Assembly (NCBI GenBank): GCA_937911345.1
Contig: CALDPP010000012.1
Coordinates: forward strand, 361 to 64,360
DNA length: 64,000 nucleotides
Direction of reading: 5' to 3'
From: an uncultured euryarchaeote
GTDB taxonomy: Archaea; Thermoplasmatota; Poseidoniia; Poseidoniales; Poseidoniaceae
Of the stretch, positions 47,839-57,526 are shown in pieces. Made by a program: the position numbers and the translations under genes. Below the pieces are notes generated by a model. That model was given only the letters and a program-made list of their open reading frames with translations, ran no database searches and was not told where the DNA came from. Every line of letters begins with the position of its first letter. Positions within the stretch are counted from its first letter, which is position 1.

Positions 47839-49101
47839 TCATTCGCTGGTTAAATTCTTGACTGATTCTTCAGAGTCATCGCCTTGTGAATTTTCGGCAT
47901 CTAATGGTTCGTCATCTTGACGTATATTTGCTTGAGCTTGCTGATTTTTTGCTTTCCAGCGTTGAGTTGCTCGAATATATTTTAACGGATGGTCCATCCA
48001 AGAGATATCGCATAATCTGTCATCTCCCGGCAGTACTGGACAATTATGGTTAACTTTCAGTTTGCCACAGGATGCAGGAGTATATTCTCCGTTGTAAACA
48101 TGATTCACTTGATATGTTGTGGTTGATTCACTGAAGTCGGGTGCGCCTCGAAAGAAACCAATACATGATTCCTCAGGCAAGGCTAATTTTGCTGATATCG
48201 ATGCTAGGAATAATCTCCCAAAATGATTTACATTCACACCGTTTGCTAAATCTGCAATAATTTTTCTCATACAAGGTGGCCAATCAGATTCCTCAGCGCC
48301 TACCAAATTGATCGCTTCGCTGGCCTTGCTGGCCATGAGATTCCTAACCATCCCAACCGGTTCTGCAAGCCTCAAAGCCAACTCCATATCGATATTCTGC
48401 ATTTTCTGCAATGCTTCCTGTTCAATATGATGCTTGATCCGCTCCCTCAGAAGCCTAGCCAATTTCGCTGATGAAGAATATTGTTGCTCATTGAAGAGAG
48501 TAATCTTTCCTTTGCTTATTTGAGCATTGGCTAAGCGCCATCTTGAGCCAGTTATTTTTGGGCAAATTTCTATGAAATCGGACATGCCAATTTTCCATAA
48601 ATTACCATCTTGATTTTGTCTTAGCCTACGATTGTTGTTAGTGTTGACTAATTGTTTAGACTGAGATAAGTCGACATCCTTCTCAATATCAGAAAGAAAG
48701 GTTTTAGCAATTATTTCTAGATTTTCGCTGTCTTTTGTCAAAACCTGTTCCGCTCTGGTTGCTTCTGCTTGGGCCCATCGAGCAATTAGACGCTCGTCTT
48801 CTGAAGCGAACACTACTAAACGCGCATAGTAGAAAGAAAACGCTTCGATAATTCGCCCCTCTTCGGTGAAGATATCGCCTCCAACAACTGCAACGCCATC
48901 TTTGGATTCTATCGAATCTATCAAGCGTATTCTCGCTCTTGAGCGAGCTTTCTCCATCCATTCACCATCTAATAATTCATCCAAATCAATGTCATGTTCG
49001 ATGGCTAATCCTTGAATCCATTCGGTTGCCTGAGGCAAAAATGGATATCTTGCTAAAGTCACCTCGTTCTCTATGAGAGGAGTGACTTTCGGAGTCGGCA
49101 T
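47839..49101 (-). CDS. priL: DNA primase large subunit PriL
   Basis: N-terminal 'LARYPFL'. The C-terminal Fe-S domain 'DWPPCM ... GAPDFSESTTTYQVNHV ... PASCGKLKVNHNCPVLPGDDRLC ... HPLKYIRA' follows the archaeal PriL pattern (PPCM / NSPDFDE..TRYQVEH / PPSC..GLCPG..C..HPL.YY). Confidence 0.85.
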   Translation of the reverse strand: MPTPKVTPLIENEVTLARYPFLPQATEWIQGLAIEHDIDLDELLDGEWMEKARSRARIRLIDSIESKDGVAVVGGDIFTEEGRIIEAFSFYYARLVVFASEDERLIARWAQAEATRAEQVLTKDSENLEIIAKTFLSDIEKDVDLSQSKQLVNTNNNRRLRQNQDGNLWKIGMSDFIEICPKITGSRWRLANAQISKGKITLFNEQQYSSSAKLARLLRERIKHHIEQEALQKMQNIDMELALRLAEPVGMVRNLMASKASEAINLVGAEESDWPPCMRKIIADLANGVNVNHFGRLFLASISAKLALPEESCIGFFRGAPDFSESTTTYQVNHVYNGEYTPASCGKLKVNHNCPVLPGDDRLCDISWMDHPLKYIRATQRWKAKNQQAQANIRQDDEPLDAENSQGDDSEESVKNLTSE

Positions 49102-49177
49102 GAGTCTTCCACAATCTAAGAGTCATATCAATTTCACGATGATATTATTTCATGTGGCTGATTGAACTGGAATTGTT

Positions 49178-49927
49178 GTGGCCGATGACATAATTCCTGG
49201 TTTGATTGGGGTTCAAACCAAAGTGAGAGAGTTTTTTGGTTGGAAGTATCAAAGTGACTTGCTCAGTGCGAATTTAATGGCTGAATCGTTGAATTCCAAA
49301 AATCCACTTGGGGTTGAGATATGGTCGCCAAAAAATAGGATTTCAGAATTTGATAAGTTGAAACAAAAACTGCTTGCTGCACCTAGAGTTGTGGTTGTTG
49401 GTGCATCCGTGAATGATGACGACTTCATCGGTTTTGACTTTGAAAACAGCGTTGTTATTGCTGCAGATGGATCGATTGGTGGAGTTGTTGAGTTAGCTGA
49501 GGTTGCTTGTGTGGTCACCGATTTTGATGGTAATCCCCATTTGGATAAAGCAGCCGAATCTGGCGCTGTTTTTGTCGCCCACGCCCACGGCGATAACATT
49601 TCACAGTGGCAAGAATGTTTGGATAAATGGCGAATTCTTCAGAATCCTCCCGCATTAATTCTCTCGCATCAAGTTGACGAGGCGATAGATGGAATGTACA
49701 ATTATGGTGGTTTTACTGATGGAGATAGAGCTGTATGCCTAGCAATTGGTCTGGGTGTTCCAGTTGAGAAAATTTCACTCATTGGATTTTCAACAACTAA
49801 AATCGGACAATGGTCGGGACAAACAAACCCAGAAAAAAAATTGCAAAAATTAGCATGGATGTTGCAGGTGCTGCAAATCATTGGACTAGAAGAACAGGTA
49901 GATTCTAACGTTTACGAAGGGATTTAA
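49178..49927 (+). CDS. mptE: DUF115/MptE-like protein (archaeal 6-hydroxymethyl-7,8-dihydropterin pyrophosphokinase family)
   Basis: 'VVVVGASVNDDD', 'VIAADGSIGG', 'VVTDFDGNPH' and 'FVAHAHGDN' match the conserved DUF115 blocks. Confidence 0.5.
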   Translation: MADDIIPGLIGVQTKVREFFGWKYQSDLLSANLMAESLNSKNPLGVEIWSPKNRISEFDKLKQKLLAAPRVVVVGASVNDDDFIGFDFENSVVIAADGSIGGVVELAEVACVVTDFDGNPHLDKAAESGAVFVAHAHGDNISQWQECLDKWRILQNPPALILSHQVDEAIDGMYNYGGFTDGDRAVCLAIGLGVPVEKISLIGFSTTKIGQWSGQTNPEKKLQKLAWMLQVLQIIGLEEQVDSNVYEGI

Positions 49928-50975
49928 GCCGCTCTCTCATCGATTCTCGGCGTTCATCATTATCGTCTGATACATTGCTTGTTAAGCGCCGATTAAACAT
50001 CTCGTCTTGCCAAACAAATAGGTCGCCTTTTTCATCACCGGCTGCAACCCTATTGCCATTCGAATGAATACAATTTACTTTCCCGCAGACCATAGACGAT
50101 ATGGTCTCGCCATCACCCTGATAAATCACTTTCAGCAGACCGTTAATACCATCCTGTATGCCTACCCAAATGGTTGATTTATCATCGACTAGAAATCCGG
50201 AACATAATGTCGATATTGTCCCTATCTTGGACGACCATTGCGGCTCAAAATTAGATTTTAACGTTGTCAACTCATTGTCTTTACCGACGGTGATGAATTT
50301 ACTATCTGTCGCACAGATGACTGAGATTGAATCTCCTAGACCTGACAAGACTTTGTGATTTGAAGTCGTCAGGTCTCCGTTTGCATGACCAAAAATGGCT
50401 CCTTCGATAGAATCTGTTCCAGTAGTCACTGGCGAAGTTGATTCAAGAGTCAAATAAGTCAAGCTGCCGTCATTCTCAACAATTCCCGCGCCCATCTTTG
50501 GCCTGCCTAACCCCACTAGTAATTGATCTGAGGAGACAATCATCGTCCATGGTCTTTCATCCATGTGAGTCTCCCAGACTTTCTCTCCTTTGCTATCAAA
50601 ACACCATATTGCAGAATCTATGAAATCGTTGTGCTCGATATCATATACTGAGGAGGTCGCGTAAATTAATCCATTAAATGTTGTAACCTCATCTGCACTT
50701 CCCTCTAATGCATGCTGCCAAATTAGTTCGCCTTGATTTGAATTTACAGCAACTAAATGCAACCCTGCACATACATAAACTGCGTTTTCTGTAACAGATA
50801 TGCTACCTATTCGGTCTGGGAGTTGGATGCTCCATACTTCATCTCCTTCCGCCGACCATTTAGTCAAAATTCCATTCCAACCGCCTGCAATAATTGAATT
50901 GTTTGAATCAATCAATAGCGCAGATACTGGCTCTCCGAGAGAGCGTCGCATCCAACATGCGCCAATCATGTTCAT
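49905..50975 (-). CDS. PQQ-like/WD-type beta-propeller repeat protein (cytoplasmic, no signal peptide) with a basic C-terminal tail
   Basis: Repeated 'G..W..........(V/I)' blade motifs ('GEKVWETHMD', 'GELIWQHAL', 'GDEVWSIQL'). Its 3' end overlaps mptE convergently by 23 nt. Confidence 0.45.
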   Translation of the reverse strand: MNMIGACWMRRSLGEPVSALLIDSNNSIIAGGWNGILTKWSAEGDEVWSIQLPDRIGSISVTENAVYVCAGLHLVAVNSNQGELIWQHALEGSADEVTTFNGLIYATSSVYDIEHNDFIDSAIWCFDSKGEKVWETHMDERPWTMIVSSDQLLVGLGRPKMGAGIVENDGSLTYLTLESTSPVTTGTDSIEGAIFGHANGDLTTSNHKVLSGLGDSISVICATDSKFITVGKDNELTTLKSNFEPQWSSKIGTISTLCSGFLVDDKSTIWVGIQDGINGLLKVIYQGDGETISSMVCGKVNCIHSNGNRVAAGDEKGDLFVWQDEMFNRRLTSNVSDDNDERRESMRERLKSLRKR

Positions 50976-51032
50976 GTACAGGCTTAATTAGTTCAGTTTG
51001 ATAATACAAATGGGTATTTGCTCAAGAATCTA

Positions 51033-51917
51033 TCAGTTAATTACTCTTCTTGGCTTACTGATAGCAAAGGTCAAGACAAATGCTACCAGGCTGAATAGAC
51101 AAGCTGAATAGTAGTGGCCCATGGTAAAAAATGACAATATTGATGCGGTTCTTAGGATGTATATTGAGCCTGTTTTCATAGCCCAAACGGTAAATCCTGC
51201 TGCCAGTAACGAAAGCCCAATGAAACCAATGCCGATTGTTGAATATATCATCGAGGCTCCAGAATCCATCAATGGGTGATCCATTTGACTTGGCGAGTTA
51301 TCAATTTCTCGAATTGTGCAATTTGTGGTTCCATCGGCACAATCCTGCTGAGCAAATTCCTCTTGGGAGGGGATTTCAAAATCAATTGAAGTAAAGCCGT
51401 ACGGCTCAAATAAAGCAGGAGGGGAAAGTAATACACGATTGGAATACTTATCCTTGAAATTGTCTCTATCTACTATTATGTCAACTCTCGTAATACCGGG
51501 ATCTAGTTTATCCATTTCAAAGAAGCCGTCTTTCTCGGTTTGCGATGAACTAGTATTCCAGTAATCTCCTTCATACCAAGAAATGTATACTGTGGCGTTC
51601 TCAATAGGCATTCCTTCATGATCATATACATAGCCACTGAATATCGCAGATTCATCGGGGGCATTTTGCGCAAATCTGAAGACAAATTCATCTGGCCTAA
51701 CTAAGCCCGATTCAGGTTGAGTAAAGTCTAGTCCATTCACTAATCCCAACAAACAGGTAATCAGTAACAATACTGCTATCGAGTTGCCGATTTTACTCAA
51801 TTCGTCTATCTCAATAGTTAATTTCGCCTGCGAGGTTGTGAACATTAAATCGCTGGAAGGTTCAGCAAGGCCAGTCAATTCATCGATGTAGCCACCGTTA
51901 GAATCGCTCTCGCCCAT
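51033..51917 (-). CDS. Hypothetical membrane protein with a carboxypeptidase-regulatory-like (Ig-like) extracellular domain
   Basis: TM helix near aa 45-65, then 'GYVYDHEGMPIENATVYISWYEG ... DGFFEM' (CarboxypepD_reg-like), then C-terminal TM helices. Confidence 0.4.
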   Translation of the reverse strand: MGESDSNGGYIDELTGLAEPSSDLMFTTSQAKLTIEIDELSKIGNSIAVLLLITCLLGLVNGLDFTQPESGLVRPDEFVFRFAQNAPDESAIFSGYVYDHEGMPIENATVYISWYEGDYWNTSSSQTEKDGFFEMDKLDPGITRVDIIVDRDNFKDKYSNRVLLSPPALFEPYGFTSIDFEIPSQEEFAQQDCADGTTNCTIREIDNSPSQMDHPLMDSGASMIYSTIGIGFIGLSLLAAGFTVWAMKTGSIYILRTASILSFFTMGHYYSACLFSLVAFVLTFAISKPRRVIN

Positions 51918-51937
51918 AAAGTTGCTAGAACTTCTTC

Positions 51938-53338
51938 CTACTTGACTTCAATGCGCCCGTCTGAGCTACTCACCAGCCTTGCGAGTGATTGTTTATTTAT
52001 CCAAACTTCAACAATCATATTACCATTATCTTGCAATTTTTTATCAATAATCATGCCTGAATCATATACGTCTGAAAGATAACCTTCGATGCCCCTGCCT
52101 GCTTCGCTGTGGATTAGCTGAAGAGTTGTTGGACTACCAAAGAGTTGAGTAAGCATTGCCTCTTGTAACTCAGAAAGACCGATGTCTTCATGCACAGAAA
52201 TACCCAAGGGTTGGGCGTAGCCGTGTTCCCTAACAATAGACTGTTTCTCCATTAATTCAGTCTCCGAAATGCCTTCTATTTTGGTTAACACACACATTAT
52301 TTTTCGCTCATCCAAGATATCAACGTCCTCTTCGCCGAGATAACGAGAGTTGATTTCTCTTTGAGTGGCGGAAATTTTCCGCTGAAATTCGTCTAATGTA
52401 TCCGTTGCATCGACTAAAACCATCAGCATATCGCACTCTAAGGCCTCAGACAGTGTTGCTCTAAAAGCATCCAATGTTGCATTTGGTAAATTGTCAATGA
52501 AACCAATTGTATCGGCAAGTAGGATTCTCGGGCTTGCCGCAAGGCGGCCGACGGTGGTTTCAAGGGTAGAAAATAACTTGTCCTCGACTAACACTTCTTT
52601 ACCAGACATTTTCAAAAAGAAACTTGACTTTCCTGCATTGGTATATCCAGCAATCCCAACAGTAACTGCACCGCTGCGAGTACGTTGCCTGCGGCGCTCT
52701 GCTTGGGCTTTGGAGTGTTTTCTCTGACGCTTTCTTAGCGAGGTTAATTCACGATTTACATTGGCGATTACTGCTTGTAATGCGGTAACTCCGCCGCCAC
52801 CATAACCTGCACGTTCGCCGGTTGTGGTTTGATTTGCCAATTCCCTTAACACAGTTCTATCCGATTGAAGACGGGCTATTCTTACCTGAGTCCTTGCTTC
52901 AAGAGAGTTGGCGTGAGCAGTAAATAGAGATAGCAATAACCGTACTCTATCCCACACCTCAACGTTAGTGGCATCGCTTACTGCAACTAATTGTCTTGGA
53001 GTTGCATTGGTGTGAATCAAGACTAGATCAATTTGTTGCCAAGGGTGGCCATCAACCCTCAAACGTAACTCATCTGAAATATCCTGCAAACGGCCCTTGC
53101 CAAAGTAGCCCTTGGCGTCTTGTTCGCCCGGCTGATTAATTGATTCGACTATCGTTATTCCCATAGTTTGAACGAGGCTTACAAATTCTGTAGTGTCTTC
53201 AGTTCCACGAACTAGAAGGAGTGCTTTTCTACCTTCATGGTTAGTTCTAGCCTCGCCTAGCGCCACACCACCAGCACCAGCAAGAACCTCGAAGTTCGGT
53301 TCCTGCTTCGCCATGGATGTGCTAAGAGTCATCCTCAT
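51938..53338 (-). CDS. hflX: GTPase HflX
   Basis: G1 'GYTNAGKSSF' and G3 'DTIGFI' in the central domain, preceded by an HflX-type N-terminal domain. 466 aa. Confidence 0.75.
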   Translation of the reverse strand: MRMTLSTSMAKQEPNFEVLAGAGGVALGEARTNHEGRKALLLVRGTEDTTEFVSLVQTMGITIVESINQPGEQDAKGYFGKGRLQDISDELRLRVDGHPWQQIDLVLIHTNATPRQLVAVSDATNVEVWDRVRLLLSLFTAHANSLEARTQVRIARLQSDRTVLRELANQTTTGERAGYGGGGVTALQAVIANVNRELTSLRKRQRKHSKAQAERRRQRTRSGAVTVGIAGYTNAGKSSFFLKMSGKEVLVEDKLFSTLETTVGRLAASPRILLADTIGFIDNLPNATLDAFRATLSEALECDMLMVLVDATDTLDEFQRKISATQREINSRYLGEEDVDILDERKIMCVLTKIEGISETELMEKQSIVREHGYAQPLGISVHEDIGLSELQEAMLTQLFGSPTTLQLIHSEAGRGIEGYLSDVYDSGMIIDKKLQDNGNMIVEVWINKQSLARLVSSSDGRIEVK

Positions 53339-53580
53339 ATCAGCCCACCCCTTCGACCGTCCATGGTCGAGTCCTATCGTGCAACCATTGAATGGGTTGG
53401 TAAAGCGGCACTCGGGACCATCTTACTTGCTGCGGCTTCTCGTCCTGGTTGCTCGGCAAATCTTACTGAGACTGGGGATGAGGCAAAATTGGTAATCATT
53501 GTACAGGATGATTCAATTCAAAACCTGAGAGACAGAGTTGATGAATTGATGATTGCCCTGTCTGATATTGAAGAAAATAA

Positions 53581-54360
53581 TCAATAGTCAATATCTAAGA
53601 TAACTGGGGCATGGTCTGAAATTTCAAGCCCTCCTTGTCGCTCAATCCTAACATCAGTTACTAGAGAATTAGCCGCTTCATTGAGCAGGAAGTAATCTAT
53701 TCGCCAACCTCTATCTTTTGCTCTCGCTTGTCCTCTGTTGGACCACCAACTATACTTCTTGACGCCTTCGCCGTGCTTTTCCCTAAATACGTCATGCCAG
53801 CCATCCTCAAGTAAATCAGAAAACCATTGGCGCTCTTGAGGCAAGAACCCACTCATTTTGGCATTACCTTTGGGATTCCAAATATCATCTTCTGTATGAG
53901 CTACATTGAGGTCCCCACAGACAATTACTGGTTGATTCGAATTCAGATAGGGTTGCAAAAATTTACGCCATTCATCCATCCACGTTTCTTTGAACTGCTG
54001 TCTTTCTTCTCCGCTAGAACCGCTAGGAAGATAGGTATTGATACAGGTTAGTTCGCCGTGCTTTGTAACTATTATTCTGCCTTCTATGTCCTCAGGGTCT
54101 ACCGCAGAGGGTTTGCCTGTTTGAATTACTTCCATTGTTGTACGAGACAACGTTGCAACCCCCGAATAACCCTTTTTTTCTGCAGTATGCAAGTGCACAT
54201 CATAGCCCTCCGGCCAAGACCAGTTCTTGGGCAATTGTTCGGGCAATGCCCTAACTTCTTGAAGCATCCAAATGTCTGCATCGATTGATGAGAAATATCC
54301 GTCTATGCCTTTCCTTATTGCTGCTCTAATGCCATTCACATTCCAAGATACTAGGCGCAT
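53581..54360 (-). CDS. xth: Exodeoxyribonuclease III (AP endonuclease, Xth family)
   Basis: 'LVSWNVNGIRA', 'LQEV' and the C-terminal 'ISDHAPV' catalytic blocks. 259 aa. Confidence 0.8.
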   Translation of the reverse strand: MRLVSWNVNGIRAAIRKGIDGYFSSIDADIWMLQEVRALPEQLPKNWSWPEGYDVHLHTAEKKGYSGVATLSRTTMEVIQTGKPSAVDPEDIEGRIIVTKHGELTCINTYLPSGSSGEERQQFKETWMDEWRKFLQPYLNSNQPVIVCGDLNVAHTEDDIWNPKGNAKMSGFLPQERQWFSDLLEDGWHDVFREKHGEGVKKYSWWSNRGQARAKDRGWRIDYFLLNEAANSLVTDVRIERQGGLEISDHAPVILDIDY

Positions 54361-54401
54361 AGTGGACTGTCATGATAGGAAGTGAATAACAATTTCATAA
54401 T

Positions 54402-55496
54402 CTAAAGTATCGATTTCAAACCCTTTGCTGCTCGTTTTCCGGTATCTGCTGCAGCATCAGATAAAAGATATTCAGATTTAACCCAAGGCCCAGCCAATAA
54501 AATTCTCTGGTTAGAAAATATATCATAATCAACGCAATTTGAGTAGCCAACGACTATTTTCTTTTGCTTTAGATCGGCGATTAAATGACTTTTCCACCCC
54601 GACAAATGAGTATCCAGTATCGATTCTAAGCGTTCAATTCTACTATTTTCAGTACCGCCAGTGATAATCGCTGAGATATGAGATCCTGTCGTGCCAAGTT
54701 TCGGTTGAATGGCCATATAATCAATTATTGCAGCATTGTTTTCATAATCGATTAAACAGTGCTTTCCAGCCATTGGTTTCGATGAAAGGCCCGCTTCAAT
54801 ACTAGCAGCAAATTTGGGTGAAAGATTTGCAAAATTGCTAGAATATATCTCTTCATCCACCTTTTCTAAAATCCTTTTAGCAGCCCCTGCTCCGCATGCA
54901 AGTATTATCGCATCACATTCGACTTCTCGCCCGTCTTTCAAAGCAACTTTCCCACCGTTTACACTAACAACTTCACAACCTGTTTCAACTAGTACTCCTA
55001 CTTCGTCAAGTGCCGCACCTAGTCTACCAATCAAGCCAATCCAGCCCTCATTAGAAACGCTAAATTTGGATTTTAGTAGCGACTTTAAGCGCTGCTCATT
55101 TTCTTCAATCCCCCATGTAGAAAGAAATTTTACTGACTCGAAATATGGATTTCCTGGAGTTTTTGCCCTAATTGACTGTTTGTTCAGAGCAGCTTGTTTG
55201 ACATTGCCGACTGGGCGAATTGGTCCAAATCCTACGACTTCTATTTTGTCGAGTCTAACCGACTTTATCGATGGTTTAACGCGGCTTAATTGCTTACATA
55301 ACTTGTAGAATGGTCCTGATTTATCAATCAGATGAGGTCCGAAGTGGAGTGAAAATCCATCACTATTTTGTGATGTTCCCCGGCCACCTATCTTGGATTT
55401 ACGCTCAAGAACAACTACGTGGTGTCCATCTGATACAGCATGTATTGCAGCAACTAGTCCTGCAATGCCTGCACCGATTACAACCACTCTCGCCAC
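54402..55496 (-). CDS. FAD/NAD(P)-binding oxidoreductase (amine-oxidase/phytoene-desaturase-like)
   Basis: N-terminal Rossmann dinucleotide motif 'VVVIGAGIAGLVAAIHAVSDGHHVVVLERKSKIGGR'. Confidence 0.6.
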   Translation of the reverse strand: MARVVVIGAGIAGLVAAIHAVSDGHHVVVLERKSKIGGRGTSQNSDGFSLHFGPHLIDKSGPFYKLCKQLSRVKPSIKSVRLDKIEVVGFGPIRPVGNVKQAALNKQSIRAKTPGNPYFESVKFLSTWGIEENEQRLKSLLKSKFSVSNEGWIGLIGRLGAALDEVGVLVETGCEVVSVNGGKVALKDGREVECDAIILACGAGAAKRILEKVDEEIYSSNFANLSPKFAASIEAGLSSKPMAGKHCLIDYENNAAIIDYMAIQPKLGTTGSHISAIITGGTENSRIERLESILDTHLSGWKSHLIADLKQKKIVVGYSNCVDYDIFSNQRILLAGPWVKSEYLLSDAAADTGKRAAKGLKSIL

Positions 55497-55546
55497 GCTT
55501 ATCCCACCGTGGCTTTAGGCATGAAACCATTGATTCATTTAGTGAT

Positions 55547-56110
55547 TCAGCCTTGCCTGCCTTCGATTGCTGAATTCAGCAAAGCAATTGCTGCAACCAT
55601 TCGCCTATCCATTGGATGACCTGGTGGTATCGTTAGCAGGGTCTTTTTGATAATTGGATTGAACTGTTGGTGGAGGGTAATACCTGCGTAGCCTGGTATT
55701 TCAAAATGGAACTTTGCCGGAATAAGTGGAATAAATCGCCGTAGAATGGCAATACTGTCTTCGATTAATTCGCCGTACTGGTTGCCTTCTGTATCAAGTA
55801 ATTTCCAACTATCCTTGACAATCGATTTTAGGAATTTACGCTTTACTGAGCCCACATGTTCATTAGTAGTTAAATCGATCACATCGTAAGTTGCCCCTAG
55901 GTCTATCATTTGGCGGGCTTTAATTTGTAGCAGTGCATGAGTACATGATTCATCAGAATACAGAATTATGTCCTCTTTTAATTTGAAGGCTTTTTGTTTA
56001 GAGTAGGCTATAACTTGGCCGTTTAAATCTTTGAACCAATAGGTTCCGCCAAAAATTTTTAGGAATTTTGTTTGGATAATATAGTTGTCCATCTCAAATA
56101 ATGGGTGCAT
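55547..56110 (-). CDS. Hypothetical protein (possible tubby/LOR-like fold)
   Basis: 187-aa ORF. Weak resemblance to LURP-one-related proteins. No firm motif. Confidence 0.3.
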   Translation of the reverse strand: MHPLFEMDNYIIQTKFLKIFGGTYWFKDLNGQVIAYSKQKAFKLKEDIILYSDESCTHALLQIKARQMIDLGATYDVIDLTTNEHVGSVKRKFLKSIVKDSWKLLDTEGNQYGELIEDSIAILRRFIPLIPAKFHFEIPGYAGITLHQQFNPIIKKTLLTIPPGHPMDRRMVAAIALLNSAIEGRQG

Positions 56111-56161
56111 GAGACTGCGAAGTGGTGGATAATCATATATTTGCCGCCGAATTTTCGAATA

Positions 56162-57127
56162 TTACAAATCGAGTAGGTAAGCAAAAATTAACGGCGCAAC
56201 TATTGACGCATCGCTTTCTATGACATATTTTGGGGTTGTTTCAGACAATTTTCCCCACGTAATCTTCTCATTAGGTGGAGCGCCGGAATATCCGCCATAT
56301 GATGTACTAGACTCGCTTATTTGACAAAACCATGACCACAATGGCACATCTCGTTGTAAATCTTGGTTCAGCATTGGAACTACACAGATTGGAAAGTCTC
56401 CAGCTATACCGCCACCAATTTGGAAAAATGCCAGAGGTGTTGTTTGACTCTCGTACCACTCTGCTAGTTCAGTCATGTAGTGTATGCCGCTTTTTATGAC
56501 AGATGGATTAACTCTAGAATCAATAACATGAGATGCGAAAATATTCCCGATGGTCGAGTCTTCCCAACCAGGAACAAATAACGGCAGATTATTTTTTGCT
56601 GCTGCCATTGTCCAACTTTCGTCCTCTGAGCCATCTACTGCCAAATCACCAGATAACAGAATTTTGTAGAAAAACTCATGTGGTAATGCTGATTTATTTG
56701 ATTGAGAATAGCTTTCCCAAATTGGCAATATTGCGGACTCGATGTTCCTTATCGCCTCGTTTTCTGGTATGCATACATCGGTGACTCTGTTGAGTTTCCT
56801 GTCAAGTAATTCCGCATCATCTTTAGCGGATAGGCTACGCCAATCTTCTATCGTTTCATAATGTGAATTAGCAGTTAACAAGAAGACGTCTTCTTCTAAG
56901 TTTGCTCCAGTACATGAAATGCCGGCAACATATCCAGAATCAATTAGCGGCGCTAAGGTTTTACCCAATCTAGCCGTACTCATTGCCCCGGCTAAAGTAA
57001 TGAATAATTTACCACCTGACTCTAGAAATTCGAGCAATGATCTTGCTGATTTTTTTACCTCGCCAGCATTAAAATGATGAAATTGATGTTCAATGAAATC
57101 GCGGATTTTCATAACATCATCATCCAT
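56162..57127 (-). CDS. dys: Deoxyhypusine synthase
   Basis: 'GAMSTARLGKTLAPLIDSGYVAGISCTGANLEEDVF' resembles the DHS NAD/spermidine-binding core ('TAGG.EED'). 321 aa. 8-nt overlap with speH. Confidence 0.65.
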   Translation of the reverse strand: MDDDVMKIRDFIEHQFHHFNAGEVKKSARSLLEFLESGGKLFITLAGAMSTARLGKTLAPLIDSGYVAGISCTGANLEEDVFLLTANSHYETIEDWRSLSAKDDAELLDRKLNRVTDVCIPENEAIRNIESAILPIWESYSQSNKSALPHEFFYKILLSGDLAVDGSEDESWTMAAAKNNLPLFVPGWEDSTIGNIFASHVIDSRVNPSVIKSGIHYMTELAEWYESQTTPLAFFQIGGGIAGDFPICVVPMLNQDLQRDVPLWSWFCQISESSTSYGGYSGAPPNEKITWGKLSETTPKYVIESDASIVAPLIFAYLLDL

Positions 57128-57497
57128 TAGTAAACCTGCTCGCTACCTTTTTCTTTTCTAATTTCATTGTTGGTGAAATCTGAAGTAATGCCTTATCCAT
57201 TTCTTCAATGATTGAATTGGTGTCGGTTGCACCACAAGTGAAGCAATCAATGGAGAGCCAACCTTTTTGCGAATAACAATGAGCAGTAAAGTGGCTTTCA
57301 TCCAATAGAACCACTGCAGCAAACCCAGGAGGAGATGTTTTTCCGTCGAAATGTTCAACATGCGAATGAACCCTATTAGCAGTACTTTCATCGATTATAC
57401 CCTCCATTATGGACAATATTTTACCGCCCAGATTCTCTATATCTGGGAAAAATCCTGTGTAATCCAGAAAGATATGGGTTCCGTGCGCATCGGGCAT
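57120..57497 (-). CDS. speH: Pyruvoyl-dependent S-adenosylmethionine decarboxylase proenzyme (SpeH/SpeD archaeal type; possibly the arginine-decarboxylase paralog)
   Basis: 'VVLLDESHFTAHCYSQKGWLSIDCFTCG' has the ESH self-cleavage site and the 'D.FTCG' end. Confidence 0.7.
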   Translation of the reverse strand: MPDAHGTHIFLDYTGFFPDIENLGGKILSIMEGIIDESTANRVHSHVEHFDGKTSPPGFAAVVLLDESHFTAHCYSQKGWLSIDCFTCGATDTNSIIEEMDKALLQISPTMKLEKKKVASRFTNG

Positions 57498-57526
57498 TTG
57501 ATTTCAACTCCACTAAACATTTTTTC

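Noticed and set aside
53363-53587. 74-aa plus-strand ORF in the gap between hflX and xth.
   Set aside because: No motif. It lies where the hflX promoter and leader should be, on the opposite strand. It cannot be supported without conservation evidence.
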